Below the pieces are notes generated by a model. The model had not been told where the DNA came from and did not search any database. It saw only the letters and a program-made list of their open reading frames with translations. A DNA stretch of 64,000 nt from an uncultured Lachnospiraceae bacterium (GTDB lineage: Bacteria > Bacillota > Clostridia > Lachnospirales > Lachnospiraceae), in contig CAJJVD010000003.1 of assembly GCA_905196345.1 (NCBI GenBank), forward strand, positions 770-64,769, read 5' to 3'. Below are positions 61,495 through 64,000 of the stretch, piece after piece; within the stretch, counting starts at the first letter, position 1; each line of letters opens with the position of its first letter. A program made the position numbers and the translations under genes.

Positions 61495-62430
61495 ATGAAA
61501 TACTGGAAAAGAGGAATTGCTTTGTTCTTGGCAGGAACAATGATGTTTGCGATTGGCGGATGTGGAAAAACTGAAAAGGATACGGAAAAGAGTACAGCAA
61601 AGAATACAGAACCAATTAAAATTGCTACAAAACCAATGACAGAACAGTATATTCTTGGTGAAATATTAAAACAACTGATTGAGGATAAGACAGAGTATAA
61701 AGTAGAAGTTACAGCAGGAATTGGCGGCGGAACAAGCAATATTCATCCGGCAATGGAAAAAGGGGAATTTGATCTGTATCCGGAATATACCGCCAGTGGA
61801 TGGGTCATGGTTCTTGGACACGAGGCAGGGGAAGTATCGGAAGATAAAATTTTTGAGGAACTGAAAAAAGAATATCAGGATAAATTTCAGATGACCTGGG
61901 TTGGATTGTATGGATTTAATAACACGTATGCACTTGCGGTTCGAAAGGATGTTGCAGATCAATATCAGTTGAAAACATGTTCGGATCTGGCAGAAGTGTC
62001 CGGAAATCTGGTGTTTGGTGGCAATCCGGATTATATTGAGCGGGAAGATGGATTCCAAGGCGTATGTAAAGCCTACGGTATGGAATTTTCCAAGGTAAAA
62101 GATATTGATATTGGATTGAAATATAAGGCGATGGAAAAAGGGGATATTGACGTGACGAACGGATTTACTACAGATGCTCAGATATCACGTGATGATGTAG
62201 TCGTATTAGAAGATGACAAACAGTATCAGGTGAATTATTTCTGTTCTACAGTGGTTAGAGAAGATGCGTTGAAAAAATACCCGAAATTAGAAGAAACATT
62301 GATGCTGATGGATGGGATATTATCTGATCAGGAAATGGCGGAGATGAACTATCAGGTAGAAGTGGAAGGAAAAGATGAAACCCAAGTTGCAAAAGCATTT
62401 CTGATAGAAAAGGGACTGATCAAGGAGTAA
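61495..62430 (+). CDS. ABC transporter substrate-binding lipoprotein, glycine betaine/choline-binding (OpuBC/OpuCC-like)
   Basis: Lipobox AIGGC; OpuAC-fold similarity. Confidence 0.75.
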   Translation: MKYWKRGIALFLAGTMMFAIGGCGKTEKDTEKSTAKNTEPIKIATKPMTEQYILGEILKQLIEDKTEYKVEVTAGIGGGTSNIHPAMEKGEFDLYPEYTASGWVMVLGHEAGEVSEDKIFEELKKEYQDKFQMTWVGLYGFNNTYALAVRKDVADQYQLKTCSDLAEVSGNLVFGGNPDYIEREDGFQGVCKAYGMEFSKVKDIDIGLKYKAMEKGDIDVTNGFTTDAQISRDDVVVLEDDKQYQVNYFCSTVVREDALKKYPKLEETLMLMDGILSDQEMAEMNYQVEVEGKDETQVAKAFLIEKGLIKE

Positions 62431-62434
62431 CAAC

Positions 62435-63178
62435 ATGGAAATGATTCGATTGGAACATGTTACAAAAAGTTTTGATAACCAGAAAGTATTGGACGATTTT
62501 TCCATTTCCATTGAAGAAGGAGAATTTTTAACTGTAATCGGTCGCTCCGGATGTGGGAAAACGACAATGTTAAAAACAATTAACGGACTGCATCGGCCAG
62601 AGCAAGGCAAGGTGTATGTAGAAGGAAAAGACATCAGCAAAGAGGATCTGATTGCAGTTCGAAGAAAGATTGGATATGTGATACAAAATAAAGGGCTCTT
62701 TCCTCATATGACTGTTGAAAAAAATATCACTTATGTTCCGGTTATCAGCGGAAAAAAAGAGAAAAAGGCAAATCACGAGCTGGCGTGTAGATTAATCAAA
62801 ACAGTGGGATTAGATCCTGCCATGCTGTCACGCTATCCCTCTGAATTATCCGGAGGACAACAGCAGCGAGTGGGGATTGCCCGGGCACTTGCGGCGGATG
62901 CTAAGATTTTATTGATGGACGAGCCATTTGGTGCTTTGGATGAAATTACAAAACAGGCAATGCAGGATGAGATTTTAAATTTGCAAAAAAAACTGGGAAT
63001 TACCATTGTATTCATTACGCATGATATTCGAGAGGCGATGAAACTGGGCAGCCGGGTTCTGGTGATGGACAAAGGGAAAATCGTGCAGTTAGATACACCT
63101 GAAAAAATAAAAAACGAGCCGGTGAATGAGTTTGTATATCAATTAGTGGGACAGAATTTAGAGAATATAATCGAATAA
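62435..63178 (+). CDS. ABC transporter ATP-binding protein (osmoprotectant type, lacking C-terminal CBS domains)
   Basis: Walker A GRSGCGKTT, signature LSGGQQQRV, Walker B LLMDEP; only 247 aa. Confidence 0.8.
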   Translation: MEMIRLEHVTKSFDNQKVLDDFSISIEEGEFLTVIGRSGCGKTTMLKTINGLHRPEQGKVYVEGKDISKEDLIAVRRKIGYVIQNKGLFPHMTVEKNITYVPVISGKKEKKANHELACRLIKTVGLDPAMLSRYPSELSGGQQQRVGIARALAADAKILLMDEPFGALDEITKQAMQDEILNLQKKLGITIVFITHDIREAMKLGSRVLVMDKGKIVQLDTPEKIKNEPVNEFVYQLVGQNLENIIE

Positions 63179-63192
63179 CATGATACTTAGGG

Positions 63193-64000
63193 GGAGAGCG
63201 AGATGAAAAAACAAGTAATGAATGCAACTATTTTAATATTGTGCCTGCCGCAGTTTGCGGTGGGCTTATTTACAACCATGCTCAATAATTATTTGATCTA
63301 TTTTTATCAGCCATCCAAAGAATCAGGATTGCCAAATTTAATTCCGCAAGGAGTTATAGTGCTTGGAGTTTTAACTGTTATTGGATTTATCAAAGCAATC
63401 GGACATATTATTGATGCAGTTACGGATCCTTTGATTGCTTCGAAAAGTGACCGTAGTCAAAATAAACATGGTAGAAGAATACCAATGATGCGCTGGGCGG
63501 CAATTCCGTTTGGACTATGTGCGTTATTGATTTTCTGCGTTCCTTTTCAAAAAATTTCAGTGGGAAATGCGATTTGGATTGCAGTGTTTATGTGGGGGTA
63601 TTATTTGTTTTATACACTTTATATGATCCCCCATACAGCTCTAATTCCAGAAATGATACAAGAAAATGGAATGCGTGTGAATACCTATACATGGAGTTCC
63701 TTTTTCTTTGTAACGGGAAGTGCAGTTGGTTATGCAACGCCTGCTATTGTAAGTATTTGGAAAAGTTCTGGTATGCAGGCGGTATCTGCTTGGAGAATGA
63801 CATTTGCGATTTATACGATAATCGGAATTATTTTACTATTGATTCCTGCTTTTTCCATTTGTGAAAAGGACTATGTAGCATCTGTAATACCGGGTATTTC
63901 ACTTAAAGAATCATTGAAACATGCTTTTTCGAATCAACATTTTCGGATTGTCACACTAGGACAATTGTTAGAAAATACAGGGATGGCATTCTTTCAAGCG
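63193..64000 (+). CDS. GPH-family (glycoside-pentoside-hexuronide:cation symporter, MelB/YihO-like) MFS transporter, 3'-truncated by the window end
   Basis: Manual translation open to the window end; conserved DPLIASKSDRSQNKHGRRIP loop-2 motif of GPH transporters; absent from the ORF track because there is no stop. Confidence 0.7.

Overview
This window is core chromosome from an endospore-forming Firmicute (Clostridia, probably Lachnospiraceae-like; moderate GC, sporulation genes present). Almost every gene is on the + strand. The gene order is: ilvC (5' truncated) | rpsT (-) | gpr-spoIIP | a type IIA topoisomerase B/A pair (most likely parE/parC) | rimP-nusA-ylxR-ylxQ-infB-rbfA-nrnA-truB-ribF | Na/Pi cotransporter | rpsO-pnp | spoIIIAA-AH | prfC | asp23 | nusB-xseA-xseB-ispA-dxs-tlyA-nadK-argR-recN-spoIVB-spo0A | glgA | metF, B12 activation-domain protein, metH core | an [FeFe]-hydrogenase family protein | alaS | rpsU | gdhA | L-serine dehydratase beta/alpha | candidate Mn2+ riboswitch + P-type ATPase | gatD-murT (- strand) | small ORF + Gfo/Idh/MocA oxidoreductase + orphan PduB-like BMC-T shell protein | HTH-WYL regulator | compatible-solute ABC transporter | GPH symporter (3' truncated). 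No CRISPR array, rRNA, tRNA or obvious mobile element was seen. The least housekeeping region is 57.6-64 kb. Other points of interest are an [FeFe]-hydrogenase gene inside the methionine-synthase cluster, a likely yybP-ykoY riboswitch, Spo0A boxes upstream of spo0A, and several leader/attenuator structures.
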